From positions 172,328,616 through 172,349,549 of the forward strand of contig JANKJI020000004.1 of assembly GCA_024626585.2 (NCBI GenBank): a stretch of DNA of 20,934 nucleotides, given 5' to 3'. Shown one piece after another: positions 1 through 11,240 of this stretch (the stretch's first letter is position 1; each line of letters opens with the position of its first letter). Origin of the DNA: Ginkgo biloba. Lineage: Eukaryota; Plantae; Ginkgophyta. The translations under genes and the position numbers were made by a program. The notes below the pieces were generated by a model that saw only the letters and a program-made list of their open reading frames with translations, had not been told where the DNA came from and ran no database searches.

Positions 1-59
1 AATCTTCCTCAATAAGGGATCATCAGTCATCAAAAGACCCTTATAGAAAGGGCACTTAG

Positions 60-1078
60 TCCCAACTACAACATGTACAATTGTAAAAAATACATATCAT
101 AATATAAATTAAGTTTTTACTATCCTAATATGAAGGAATACATTTTAATGCATGTATATGAATGTGACAGATATTAGAGGCAAAAGGCAAAATCATTCTA
201 TTAACAAAAATATTGCAACCACTAAATGTCCCTAACCAAAAGTGGGAAGAAATATATATGGATTTAATAATTTAACTCCCTAATTTCAATGGTAAGGATG
301 AAAATATTTTAATGGTAAATATATTAATGAAATATGCATGATTTATAACAGTAAATAGGAAATTCAAGGCATCTAAAATTGAAAAGTATTTATGAAGGAA
401 GTCCATAAAGCACATGGATTGCCCCCCCAAAAAAAATTTCTAATAGGGACTTGAAGTTTACTAATATTTCTTTTTAATAAATATTTTTATTAGTAGGAAC
501 CAAATTTAACCTGATCATGTCTTATCACCCCTAGACAAATATAGTGAACAAACATTTGGAGGGGTATCTATGATCGTATATAGGTGATAAACAATTTAAA
601 AGGATAAATTGGTTACACTTGGTAGAATATTAGTATAATACCACATATCATATATTAATAAAGATGCTGTTATTTATGTCATTACATCAATATCAACTGC
701 CATCAATAAAATAATACATAATTCAAGAATTTTGAGTTTTAGTCATATAGAAAAGCATAAATAAAACATAAGGATAATTTGAACATGGCTAGGAATAGAA
801 TGAAACAACATATGAATAAGGGATTTATTAAGAGATATTTCTAAGAATAATATATGCTATATTTTTTACCATGAAATTAGAATTAGTTTTCATAAAAATA
901 AAGGGGAGGATTAAACTACAACCTAGGTTTTTTGAGCAATATAGAATTAAGAAGAAAATTGGAGAAGTAGCATATGTAGTAGACACCCCTAACAAGGGAA
1001 GGATACACAATGCATTCCATACATATTTCCTAAAGAGGAAAATTATATTAGGCAATATCATAGATATAACTACCTAAA
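60..1078 (+). mobile_element. Degenerate Ty3/gypsy (chromovirus-like) integrase remnant: zinc-finger end, core and GPY/F region
   Basis: Manual translation across stops and frameshifts gives YYPNMKEYILMHVYECDRY*RQK, PNQKWEEIYMD, FMKEVHKAHGLP..SNRDLKF, SYHP*T..IVNKHLEGYL, WLHLVEY*YNTTYH, KDNLNMARNRMKQ and (ORF 871-1077) KLQPRFFEQYRIKKKIGEVAYVVDTPNKGRIHNAFH. These match plant gypsy integrase motifs in the canonical order. Confidence 0.88.
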
Positions 1079-1179
1079 TNNNNNNNNNNNNNNNNNNNNN
1101 NNNNNNNNNNNNNNNNNNNNNNNNNNNNNNNNNNNNNNNNNNNNNNNNNNNNNNNNNNNNNNNNNNNNNNNNNNNNNNN

Positions 1180-3088
1180 CTTTTGAAGCAAAGGATTTAT
1201 GCAACACCATTGATGGGGATTCTAAACCTACAAAATTCATTCAAAATTGAAGAAGATGCATTGAGTTATGCATTAGGAGTTATCCTTATGCAGGAAGGAA
1301 GACCAATAGCATATCATTCTAAAATAATTTTAGGAGTTGTCTTGAATTACCCAGTGTATGATAAGGAGTTGTATACCATGCATTAAGTGGTGAAGAATTG
1401 GAGATCATACATTATAGGTAAATAAATGATGATCCATATTGACCATAAGCCTCTTCAATTTTTATAGACACAGACAAAGTTGAAACAAGAAAGACACACC
1501 AAGTGGATGTTACACCTGCAATATTTTAATCTTATCATTAAATATAAGAAGGGAGTAACCAATAAGATAGCAGATTTATTGTTGAGGCCTCCTAGATCGA
1601 TTTTCCTCACAATTTTTATGCAGTTGCATCCCTTCCCTTTGGAGGAATTTCACATCTGGTATGAAGGAGATAGGGATTTGTTGCCAGTTGTGAAAGCATT
1701 ACACCAAGGGGATTGGAGGCTAAAATTTTATCTTCAAGAAGGTATGTTTTATAAAGATGATAAGTTTTTTATACCTTGAGGAGAGTGTCAAGTTTATTTG
1801 ATGATAGAATCCCATACTTCTAAAGTAACTAGACATTTTAGAGTTGGAAAGATGATTGTCAATCTTTAAAGGCATGTGTATTAGCCGCAAATGTAGATGG
1901 ATTTTGCAAACTTTATTAGGGGATGTGTGCTCTATATCACTTCAAAACATTCCAATAGAAATCTAGGTTTATATATCCCACCACCAATTCTAGGCTGACC
2001 GTGGGAGATCATCTCCATGGATTTTCTAGGAGGATTTTCAAAGACACAACAAGGCCATGATTACTTATTGGTGGTAATGGATAAATTTAGTAATATGACA
2101 ATGTTGATTTCCTACAAGAAGACCATCACTGGCCAAGAGGAATCCAAATTATTTTTTCAACATATGTGGGTTCATTTTGGATTTCCATAGTCCATAATTT
2201 TAAATTGGGATAGTCATTTTCTTCGTCACTTTTGGATAGCATGATGGGGAATTATGGACACTAAGTTGAAGAGGATCATTTCCTTTCATTCCTAAATTGA
2301 TGGGTAGATAGAGGTTATTAATAGAAATCTGGTGCACTTTATTTGGAGATACAATAGGAAGCATCTAAAGANNNNNNNNNNNNNNNNNNNNNNNNNNNNN
2401 NNNNNNNNNNNNNNNNNNNNNNNNNNNNNNNNNNNNNNNNNNNNNNNNNNNNNNNNNNNNAGGGTTTCTTTCCCCAAACTCCTTTTGATATTTTATTTGC
2501 AATATCTACTGAAGATAAGTTTATGGAATAGGGTGATAATAAATAAAAGGCCATATGGGTCATGGAGTAGATTCAGTAGATATATAGTCAAGTGGAAGAA
2601 CAACTACAAAGGGATCAATAAAGGTATAAAGAGTGGCATGATCGACATCAAACTATTCATGACTTCAGAGAAGGAGATATGGTATGGATTGCAGGGTCTA
2701 GGGAAGAAATTAAAATCCATTAAGTACAATCCATTCAAGATTATGTAACAACTGTGAGAAAATACATTATAACTGGATGTATCACCNNNNNNNNNNNNNN
2801 NNNNNNNNNNNNNNTCTATTCCATGGTTAATTTAAAAAATTTGTAGTTGTTAGGGCCTTCCATGCTCGATGAAGAAGAGGAATTTGGTCCAATCTTTTCA
2901 TCTATAGAGACATTGTACCTTATGGACAAGCTACATTGAAGAAAGATACTACTTTACAAAGGAAACTTCAAGACACCAGGAGGGGAAAATAGGAGTTCCT
3001 TCATATTGGTGTGAAGGTCTAGAATTCGATGAAGGCTAATTGATATAAAATTGAAGAGATGAAGGATAAATTTCCTCACCTCCTTTAA
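1180..3088 (+). mobile_element. Degenerate Ty3/gypsy pol remnant (RNase H plus integrase) of a second family
   Basis: RNase H: FKIEEDALSYALGVILMQEGRPIAYHSK..NYPVYDKELY, IHIDHKPLQFL, IKYKKGVTNKIADLLLRPP. Integrase: ESHTSKVTRHF..RGCVL, PWEIISMDFLGG..GHDYLLVVMDKFS, FFQHMWVHFGFP, SFHS*IDG*IEVINR. Ends FPHLL* at 3088. Many in-frame stops. Confidence 0.92.
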
Positions 3089-3123
3089 AATTGACTAAGT
3101 TTTTTCGGGACCAAAATCCCCCC

Positions 3124-3745
3124 AAAAGGAGAGATCTGATCTATTTAGGATCATTGAGTAGATTCCCTTAGCCACAGAATAGTCACCTTTTGGGTTCCTA
3201 GCTTAGACAAAGAACCAAGAAAATGTGCACCTCAACCAAACCTTGTCTTGTCTAAAAGCATTCTTCTTGATGGATCTAGGAAGCAGATAATGTAAGGTAG
3301 GAGCTAGGAGTTATCATATGTCAACCATGCCTCATGATAGTTTCTCTATTATATATTTTTTGAGTNNNNNNNNNNNNNNNNNNNNNNNNNNNNNNNNNNN
3401 NNNNNNNNNNNNNNNNNNNNNNNNNNNNNNNNNNNNNNNNNNNNNNNNNNNNNNNNNNNNNNNNNNNNNNNNNNNNNNNNNNNNNNNNNNNNNNNNNNNN
3501 NNNNNNNNNNNNNNNNNNNNNNNNNNNNNNNNNNNNNNNNNNNNNNNNNNNNNNNNNNNNNNNNNNNNNNNNNNNNNNNNNNNNNNNNNNNNNNNNNNNN
3601 NNNNNNNNNNNNNNNNNNNNNNNNNNNNNNNNNNNNNNNNNNNNNNNNNNNNNNNNNNNNNNNNNNTTTTTAATCCTTTTTTACACAACCTTATAATGCC
3701 AAAGAGCCATTGCTCTCTTTTATTCTATTTTATTCAATTTCATCA
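3124..3745 (+). repeat. Polypurine tract and probable 3' LTR of the 1180-3088 element
   Basis: Purine run aaaaggagaga (3124-3134) just after the pol stop, then TGAT at 3137. A matching ATCA terminus occurs at 3745 (alternative at 3769). The middle (3366-3666) is a gap and no second LTR is available for confirmation. Confidence 0.55.
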
Positions 3746-4983
3746 GCATCTCCTGCAAAGCTTTCATCATCCTATTTTTCCTCAATTGCAATCCATAAGC
3801 TTGGCACTTGAGATTTAATTAACAACATTTATTCTTGGCCATAAAGTAACTGGAATGGTGTATGACCTATTGCTTATTTATATGTGGTTTTGAATGCCCA
3901 CAAAATAGCATGAAACTTATCTTCCTAATATTTCTTTAAGATAGAGAGTAGATTCTCTCTCCCAACTCGTCCACAGAGTGATTGGCCCAAATGTTGGGAG
4001 GTGCAAGGTTGTTCCCTATCATACCTTAATGCGTAAAAATGTGTGTGAGAAAGTGTAAAAATACCTATGCTGAAAAGAAACATGTAAAGCATTCCATCCC
4101 CTAATTTTTCCTTATTTAGAAGAAAATCTAGATGTAAGTCCCACATTTTCATTTTCCTTTCTTAACTAGATATGAATACAATTAATTTTAAATTCTTTAT
4201 TTACTTTAAAATAGGCAAGCGAGAGCCTACCTGGNNNNNNNNNNNNNNNNNNNNNNNNNNNNNNNNNNNNNNNNNNNNNNNNNNNNNNNTTTGTGAGATT
4301 ATGAAAATGTAAAAAATGTAAAGATATTGGATTCCCAAGGGGAAGCCCAATTGAGATTGGCTAACCAATTCGAATAAATGTGTGAGATGTGAATTTAGAA
4401 ATGTAAAGCATAGGGAAATTTACCTATGAGATAATCCAAAAGATGGATATGTAACACATAGAGGCCTAAGAAATCAAGAAGGACTCAGTAGGCCTAAGGA
4501 ACTAAATTTTTAAAGAATATTTAAGTGAAATCATAATGTAGACCTGAATGAGTGTGTGAGGGATGAGTGAACTATATGTATTTTAGAAAATGACCTAAAG
4601 AAAGAAAATAAATAATGATTACATAACCCACCCACTACATGCATAAGGAAAAAAATTGAAAGAGGTACCCTTGATATGTACCGACGGTGTATGGTATATT
4701 TTATATTAGTAGAGGGGCATCTAATTATAGTTATAGGTGAGTTTCACCCTATGGGCCTTGTTNNNNNNNNNNNNNNNNNNNNNNNNNNNNNNNNNNNNNN
4801 NNNNNNNNNNNNNNNNNNNNNNNNNNNNNNNNNNNNNNNNNNNNNNNNNNNNNNNNNNNNNNCACAATCATCACCCTAGTACCTCACATTCCTAGATCAT
4901 GGTTCAGTGTACATCAACCATCATCAACTCAACTCATGGTCCCCATAAGAATATGGATTTAATACCATGTTAAAATCACTATT

Positions 4984-4995
4984 ACTCTGATACCA
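4984..4995 (-). other. tRNA-iMet-type primer binding site (tggtatcagagt) of an LTR element
   Basis: + strand actctgatacca is an 11/12 match to the reverse complement of the canonical TGGTATCAGAGC. A candidate short LTR lies next to it at 4999-5210 (tattgc...gtaaca). Confidence 0.5.
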
Positions 4996-5214
4996 TCATA
5001 TTGCACTTAATCACAATAGCATGGAACATAAGATTTATAGTAAAAAACCCATAAGGAAAAAAGCACTTTGAAGNNNNNNNNNNNNNNNNNNNNNNNNNNN
5101 NNNNNNNNNNNNNNNNNNNNNNNNNNNNNNNNNNNNNNNNNNNNNNNNAACATTTTGGCTTATAGCTGATACTATTTGTAATATACCTTGACACATAACT
5201 CAAGGTAACACATT

Positions 5215-7700
5215 AATGTAGATACTCTTAATTGTGGACAACTCTAGATACTCTAGAGTTACCATTAATATTCTAACAATACCATAGGGACAATCATCTC
5301 TATAATTTCTTGTCCTCTTTCTATCATAATTGCTTTTATCTTTTTGTCCTTTATATATAGCCAATTCTTCTCCTTATATGACCAATCCNNNNNNNNNNNN
5401 NNNNNNNNNNNNNNNNNNNNNNNNNNNNNGTTGTATATGCTCGTCCACCTAGAGAGTGCACTTATGCATATCATATTAGTGCAGTGAAAAAATATAGTGA
5501 AGTGTACACTTACACAATACAATCTATAAAAGTAAAAAACTCAAACATAAATTTAAGAAACTTTGTGTCCTTGTATGCAACTAGAGATAACAATTTATAA
5601 TCTCCTATTGAAGCCTCTAACACCTGCAAAATATCCCAAAGGATACTCTATGCACTATATGATTAGACATAAGATCTTATCATAACCTCCCATAAGATTC
5701 CAATTAAGATCAACATAAGCCTCATAAGAATAATTAGACAATAAATAAATCTCTCTCTATTAATCCATAATATGATACACACAAGTCTCAATACTTGGTA
5801 GCAAGAGATTACAATTATAATGACCAAGGGTCTAATGATCTAAGAGACCATTCTTTCCAAATATATCAAAATATAAAAGGTGTGAGAACATTAACCTAAA
5901 GGATCTTTTAAATGAGAATCCTCATCCAATTATAGTTAGATTATAAATAAGAAGATGTCATGCAAACTTCTACTGATCTATGTTAGCCTCACATAATAAA
6001 CTATTGAAATAATAAGTATGAACCAAATAGTAACCAACCCTTACATATATATTGTCCATAATTAACCTTAAACTAATAAAAGAAAGAGAAGTTATCAAGA
6101 GAAAATCCAAATATAGTAAAAATATCCAATAAGTTCCCTATGTTCGTAGCCCCTCAATAAGACTAGATCTCATAGAACCAAGAGCTANNNNNNNNNNNNN
6201 NNNNNNNNNNNNNNNNNNNNNNNNNNNNNNNNNNNNNNNNNNNNNNNNNNNNNNNNNNNNNNNNNNNNNNNNNNNNNNNNNNNNNNNATTGAGTCTTCCC
6301 TTCCAGTGGTGAATCAAATGTCAATATTCCTTGTTTGTAACATCAACTAGGGTTTGGATTCTTTAATTATATGGCAATTTTATCCTCTTTCTAATTTTGT
6401 CTAGCTCTTGCTCTTTAGTTGACAATTCTTCTCTTATATTTCTTCATTTGGGTCTTCCTTTTATGATTCTCCCATAAATAACTTCTTTGGATGAAACTTA
6501 TGGTTATAAGACCATCTCCATAATGGTAGCATTTCTTCTCAATGTTCCTTTAGTTGCCTTCCTATGGAGTATTTATCTTATTATCTTGTGGCCATTCAGT
6601 TGGTGCTATTTTCCTCCCATTATAGTCATTAACTAGTGATGTTTGAGGTCTCTTGAGTGGGGATGCACCTTTGTCTAAAGGCTTGTTGCCTTCCTTCTTC
6701 TTAGCAAGCATAAAATATTACATATTCTAAGCTCTCAGGTTTGAACATTATGACCTCTACTCTTATTTTAGCTCTTAAGTTGGTAATAGAAAATTCTCAC
6801 ATATAAATTTCATTCATATTTGCTTTTACTTCCAGGATTTGGAACTTCTCTATATAATTCTTAATTATCATCTCTCTTTGATAGAAGTGTGCTAGTTGAA
6901 TATTATAAGACTTGTTCTAGTTTTGGTCTTCCCTTTCATAGAAGTCAATTTTTTTTTCCAGAAGATTTAATCTATGGTTTGGTTNNNNNNNNNNNNNNNN
7001 NNNNNNNNNNNNNNNNNNNNNNNNNNNNNNNNNNNNNNNNNNNNNNNNNNNNNNNNNNNNNNNATTACTCAAATAATCTTACCTAGTAAAATATAATTCT
7101 TAGCTTACTTGTTTGTTTATAGGGTTCTACTAGTCTATTGAAGCAATATTTTAATTTTTTTAGTTGAAGATTGTATGAGATCTTTTTACTATTTTTGGTG
7201 ATAACATTGCCACAGTTTTCTTTGCTACCTCTTTATAACTCTTGAGGAATCTCTTATTCTTGATGTAAGAGCATGTGATCGCTTGAGTTTCTTCTTAAAC
7301 TTAACCTTAGTCCTACTAGATGTTAATCATTGACTTGCCTAAGAGTATCCTCGAGATTATTGAACCTAACATTTGTCTTGTTATAGGTTTGATTTAACCA
7401 CTCTAGAATTTTCTCCTATTTGTCCATCCTATCCTTGGCCCGTTGTCTTATTTGTGTCATATACTTATCTTAGTCCGATATCACTATTGCTCTGATACCA
7501 CTTATAGTGTTCTAAATGGAAAAATTACTAAATAATTTAGAGAAAAATAATAATTCATAAATAAGAGCAAAAGGTTATGAACCAAATAGTGATCACAATA
7601 TCAAATAGTAACTCAAAAATTGATTAAGATAATCACAAAAATCTAAGACACGATGAAATTTCATAATAATCAAGAATGTGGGGGAAACATAATAAGAAGA
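5215..7700 (-). mobile_element. Highly degenerate Ty3/gypsy element: 5' LTR fragment, PBS, gag, protease region and RT, truncated
   Basis: Perfect PBS at 7489-7500. Minus-strand traces in gypsy order: gag LRAKIRVEVIMFKPESLE (about 6730-6780), DLVL near 6165, and RT traces GDYKLL, VDEHIQ, GHI and DKKIKAIM (about 5330-5610). The right-hand boundary is approximate. Confidence 0.7.
7489..7500 (-). other. tRNA-iMet primer binding site TGGTATCAGAGC
   Basis: Exact gctctgatacca on the + strand; the LTR junction is expected at about 7503. Confidence 0.85.
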
Positions 7701-7726
7701 AGATTAGGTATTGGGGCACTTGTTAT

Positions 7727-7728
<2 letters not shown>

Positions 7729-7760
<32 letters not shown>
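7729..7760. repeat. (AG)16 microsatellite
   Basis: Directly visible. Confidence 0.97.
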
Positions 7761-7765
<5 letters not shown>

Positions 7766-9280
7766 GTGGGGCCCCTAATACCCATAAGAGAATGCTAATT
7801 GGGAGCACCTGCTTTGCTAAAGAGAAGATTCTTCTAGAAGAAGAGAAACAAAAGAGTTGTTGAAGACGAGATGAGAAAGAATAAAGAAATGAAATTTGTA
7901 TATAACCTGACCTCAAGTGCTTTGTTTTTGGCTTCATCTATGTTAGCTGGTGGTATTGTTTTGATCTTTACCTTTAAGAACATGGGCACCCTCCTCTTAT
8001 CTCTGCTTTAGTATTGTTTAGAGCTATTTTTAGATCCCATTATCCTTTACCTTTAGTAGCTTATGGGTTAACACTTGTTTAGGCTTATGGTTTTGTCTTG
8101 AAACACAACAATGACTAACTCTGAACATTTTCGGTTACATGGCTTTGTAAATAAGAGTGACTCTACATACAATTTTTTTACCCTATTGCATTCGGCTAAG
8201 CAACCCTAAGGGAATGACACCTTAGAGTTATTGGTACTTGAGTTTGATCTCAATTATATATGATTAATTTTGTGTGTGTTTGTATTAATATTTTAATGAT
8301 TNNNNNNNNNNNNNNNNNNNNNNNNNNNNNNNNNNNNNNNNNNNNNNNNNNNNNNNNNNNNNNNNNNNNNNNNNNNNNNNNNNNNNNNNNNNNNNNNNNN
8401 NNNNNNNNNNNNNNNNNNNNNNNNNNNNNNNNNNNNNNNNNNNNNNNNNNNNNNNNNNNNNNNNNNNNNNNNNNNNNNNNNNNNNNNNNNNNNNNNNNNN
8501 NNNNNNNNNNNNNNNNNNNNNNNNNNNNNNNNNNNNNNNNNNNNNNNNNNNNNNNNNNNNNNNNNNNNNNNNNNNNNNNNNNNNNNNNNNNNNNNNNNNN
8601 NNNNNNNNNNNNNNNNNNNNNNNNNNNNNNNNNNNNNNNNNNNNNNNNNNNNNNNNNNNNNNNNNNNNNNNNNNNNNNNNNNNNNNNNNNNNNNNNNNNN
8701 NNNNNNNNNNNNNNNNNNNNNNNNNNNNNNNNNNNNNNNNNNNNNNNNNNNNNNNNNNNNNNNNNNNNNNNNNNNNNNNNNNNNNNNNNNNNNNNNNNNN
8801 NNNNNNNNNNNNNNNNNNNNNNNNNNNNNNNNNNNNNNNNNNNNNNNNNNNNNNNNNNNNNNNNNNNNNNNNNNNNNNNNNNNNNNNNNNNNNNNNNNNN
8901 NNNNNNNNNNNNNNNNNNNNNNNNNNNNNNNNNNNNNNNNNNNNNNNNNNNNNNNNNNNNNNNNNNNNNNNNNNNNNNNNNNNNNNNNNNNNNNNNNNNN
9001 NNNNNNNNNNNNNNNNNNNNNNNNNNNNNNNNNNNNNNNNNNNNNNNNNNNNNNNNNNNNNNNNNNNNNNNNNNNNNNNNNNNNNNNNNNNNNNNNNNNN
9101 NNNNNNNNNNNNNNNNNNNNNNNNNNNNNNNNNNNNNNNNNNNNNNNNNNNNNNNNNNNNNNNNNNNNNNNNNNNNNNNNNNNNNNNNNNNNNNNNNNNN
9201 NNNNNNNNNNNNNNNNNNNNNNNNNNNNNNNNNNNNNNNNNNNNNNNNNNNNNNNNNNNNNNNNNNNNNNNNNNNNNNNN

Positions 9281-9409
9281 GATGATTATGGACTGGAAGT
9301 CTCTGTGGGTCTTCCTCAGCCCGCTGCTAATGCCATTTCTTCCAAATCTGAACCAGTCGAAGAAGATGATTTGAGCAGGCGTCTTGCCGAACTCAAGGCC
9401 AGGGTTTGA
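9281..9409 (+). CDS. CHMP1: C-terminal 42 codons of ESCRT-III-associated protein CHMP1/VPS46 (DID2); the 5' part is not visible (gap 8302-9280)
   Basis: Translation [42 protein letters not shown] closely matches the plant CHMP1A/B C-terminus as I recall it ([15 protein letters not shown]...[15 protein letters not shown]). It includes the MIM1 motif, has an intact frame and is more GC-rich than its flanks. Confidence 0.93.
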   Translation, partial: DDYGLEVSVGLPQPAANAISSKSEPVEEDDLSRRLAELKARV

Positions 9410-10080
9410 TTTAGCAGGATAATAAGATACCGGGTTAGTCATAGCTTCTATGCCTGTTGTATCTTGCTAATAGCTCTTTCATAAGCTTTAACTATTGAAA
9501 GTGCATATTTATGTTGTAATTTGTGTAAATATGCATCTTTTTATGATATTATCACATGATCATGATCAGACTATATTCAGACTGTGTTTGAAGACGGTTG
9601 TTATCAGGGACAACTTGGAAAAAAATAACATTTGGTTTTATCGGGTTTAGCCTGATGTTTTTATGGTTGAAGAGATATCTTTGATTTATATTTTATTTTC
9701 TTTACTTCTTTGAAAGCACTGGCGAGGACTCAATTAAGATAAGTGGGGTCTTTTACTGGCATAGCGCATCTGTTGCTAATTGTGTTTAGTTTCGTTCCCT
9801 TGACTTTCCTTAATGATGTAAGCCTTCTTCAGGGAACAGGGTTTTTTCGCATCATGAACTTGACTACGATTTTATTTTTTTCGGGGGCGGGGGTAAATTG
9901 ACGACAGACCTGAGTTTTAAACTCCTATGTCAGGTTTTCGACGTGCGACTGTGTCCATATTACAATTTTTTATGACTATATAGTTGAAGTATGAACAGTA
10001 ATTCTGTATTCTCTGCTATGGGTATATGAATTCGTTGTGATCTAGTTTTAGCCCAATAAAACCACAACTCTCATATTAAA
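9410..10080 (+). promoter_or_regulatory. Probable CHMP1 3' UTR with a candidate polyadenylation signal AATAAA at 10055-10060
   Basis: T/GT-rich sequence with no recognisable TE motifs after the stop codon. AATAAA is present, but the real cleavage site cannot be determined from sequence. Confidence 0.35.
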
Positions 10081-11205
10081 TCTGGAAACCTGGAAGTCGT
10101 TAAAAGAGGTAGGATAGCCGCATTAGAACACTTTGTAATGGTCTTCTTTGTGGTTTACGTCCCGTTTCTGATGTATCTCTTTAATTCCTTGTCTCTAATG
10201 TCTGTTCAACTCTTTATGGCTACTATTGCCCCGTATGTATTCATTTTTATTCCTCTATTGTCTATAACTAGCGGAAGGAAGTAGGCCCTTCGAGGCTCTT
10301 TATTTGTGTTTGAAACCCATTTGGAATAGTTCCTTTCAACATTTATGTGTAAAATGTTGCAGCAACATGTGTAGGGATCTTTAGACAAAGCCTGCCAAGA
10401 TAAAGGGTACAAAATAGGATTTCCAAAGTGAACTTTTTTCCTAGCAATAATATTCTAAGGATGGTTGTAGTAGATGCTTTTTGGGATCCCTATGAATGGC
10501 GAGAAGTTGTAATTGTGTCCAATGTCCAAGATTGAAAATGGCTCTCATTAATGAATGTGTAACATTGGGGTTCATGTTCGCATCAAATGCATTGTTTTCT
10601 TTTGCATTCTTATGGTTTTCTAGCCAAGGCAACGATACTTTGCAATGGATGTCTCATTCTAGGAGTTGATGGTTGTTTGTCATATCGAGATGGCTTTGAA
10701 TTACTACTCGACATGACAATATGCATGACAAAGCATCGAGGGCTTATGACTTTCAACCACTGTGGGCAGAGGTGCATCTGTTTTGTATAAATCCACATAN
10801 NNNNNNNNNNNNNNNNNNNNNNNNNNNNNNNNNNNNNNNNNNNNGACATTAATATATTTTCTTTCTTTCTTGCATGAAATATTGGGTTCTAGGAAAGCTT
10901 CAAAGTACCTTGATTGTCACAAAACAATGGTGTTGCTTGCTTCTGTTCTAACCTAAGATCACTGAGAATTCTTCTTAGTCATATTGCTTCACAAGCTGCA
11001 TTGATTATTGCCTTGTACTGCTGATGTCCATTGTTCTATTAGCTTCTTCTAATACATTGTTTGTTGTCTTCCAAGATGTAATTTAATCAAGAGTAACGCA
11101 CATGTTATGTTCTGGGAAGTACATGAGCTTTGAGGCTTCTTTTTGTATGCTAATTCCTCTTCGGTATTAGCTAATTTCCTTTACAATTTCACTTGTAACA
11201 ATCAG

Positions 11206-11240
11206 GGTGTGATTTTGTGGGTGAGTGACAAAATCACACC
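11206..11240. repeat. Perfect 13-bp inverted repeat with a 9-nt spacer
   Basis: ggtgtgattttgt (11206-11218) - gggtgagtg - acaaaatcacacc (11228-11240). Confidence 0.9.

Noticed and set aside
3899-5030. Short similarity cacaaaatagcatgaaac (about 3899) versus cacaatagcatggaac (about 5012) as paired LTRs
   Set aside because: The similarity does not extend beyond about 20 nt.
5240-5260. 9-bp inverted repeat aactctaga-tac-tctagagtt
   Set aside because: Short, AT-rich and inside decayed TE sequence; chance is sufficient.
8260-9442. 341-aa and 385-aa ORFs
   Set aside because: They are almost entirely N. The real coding frame is + 9281-9409, and the minus ORF is its antisense.
10206-10956. Cluster of 60-80 aa ORFs downstream of CHMP1
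   Set aside because: No recognisable motifs; they overlap on both strands at chance lengths.
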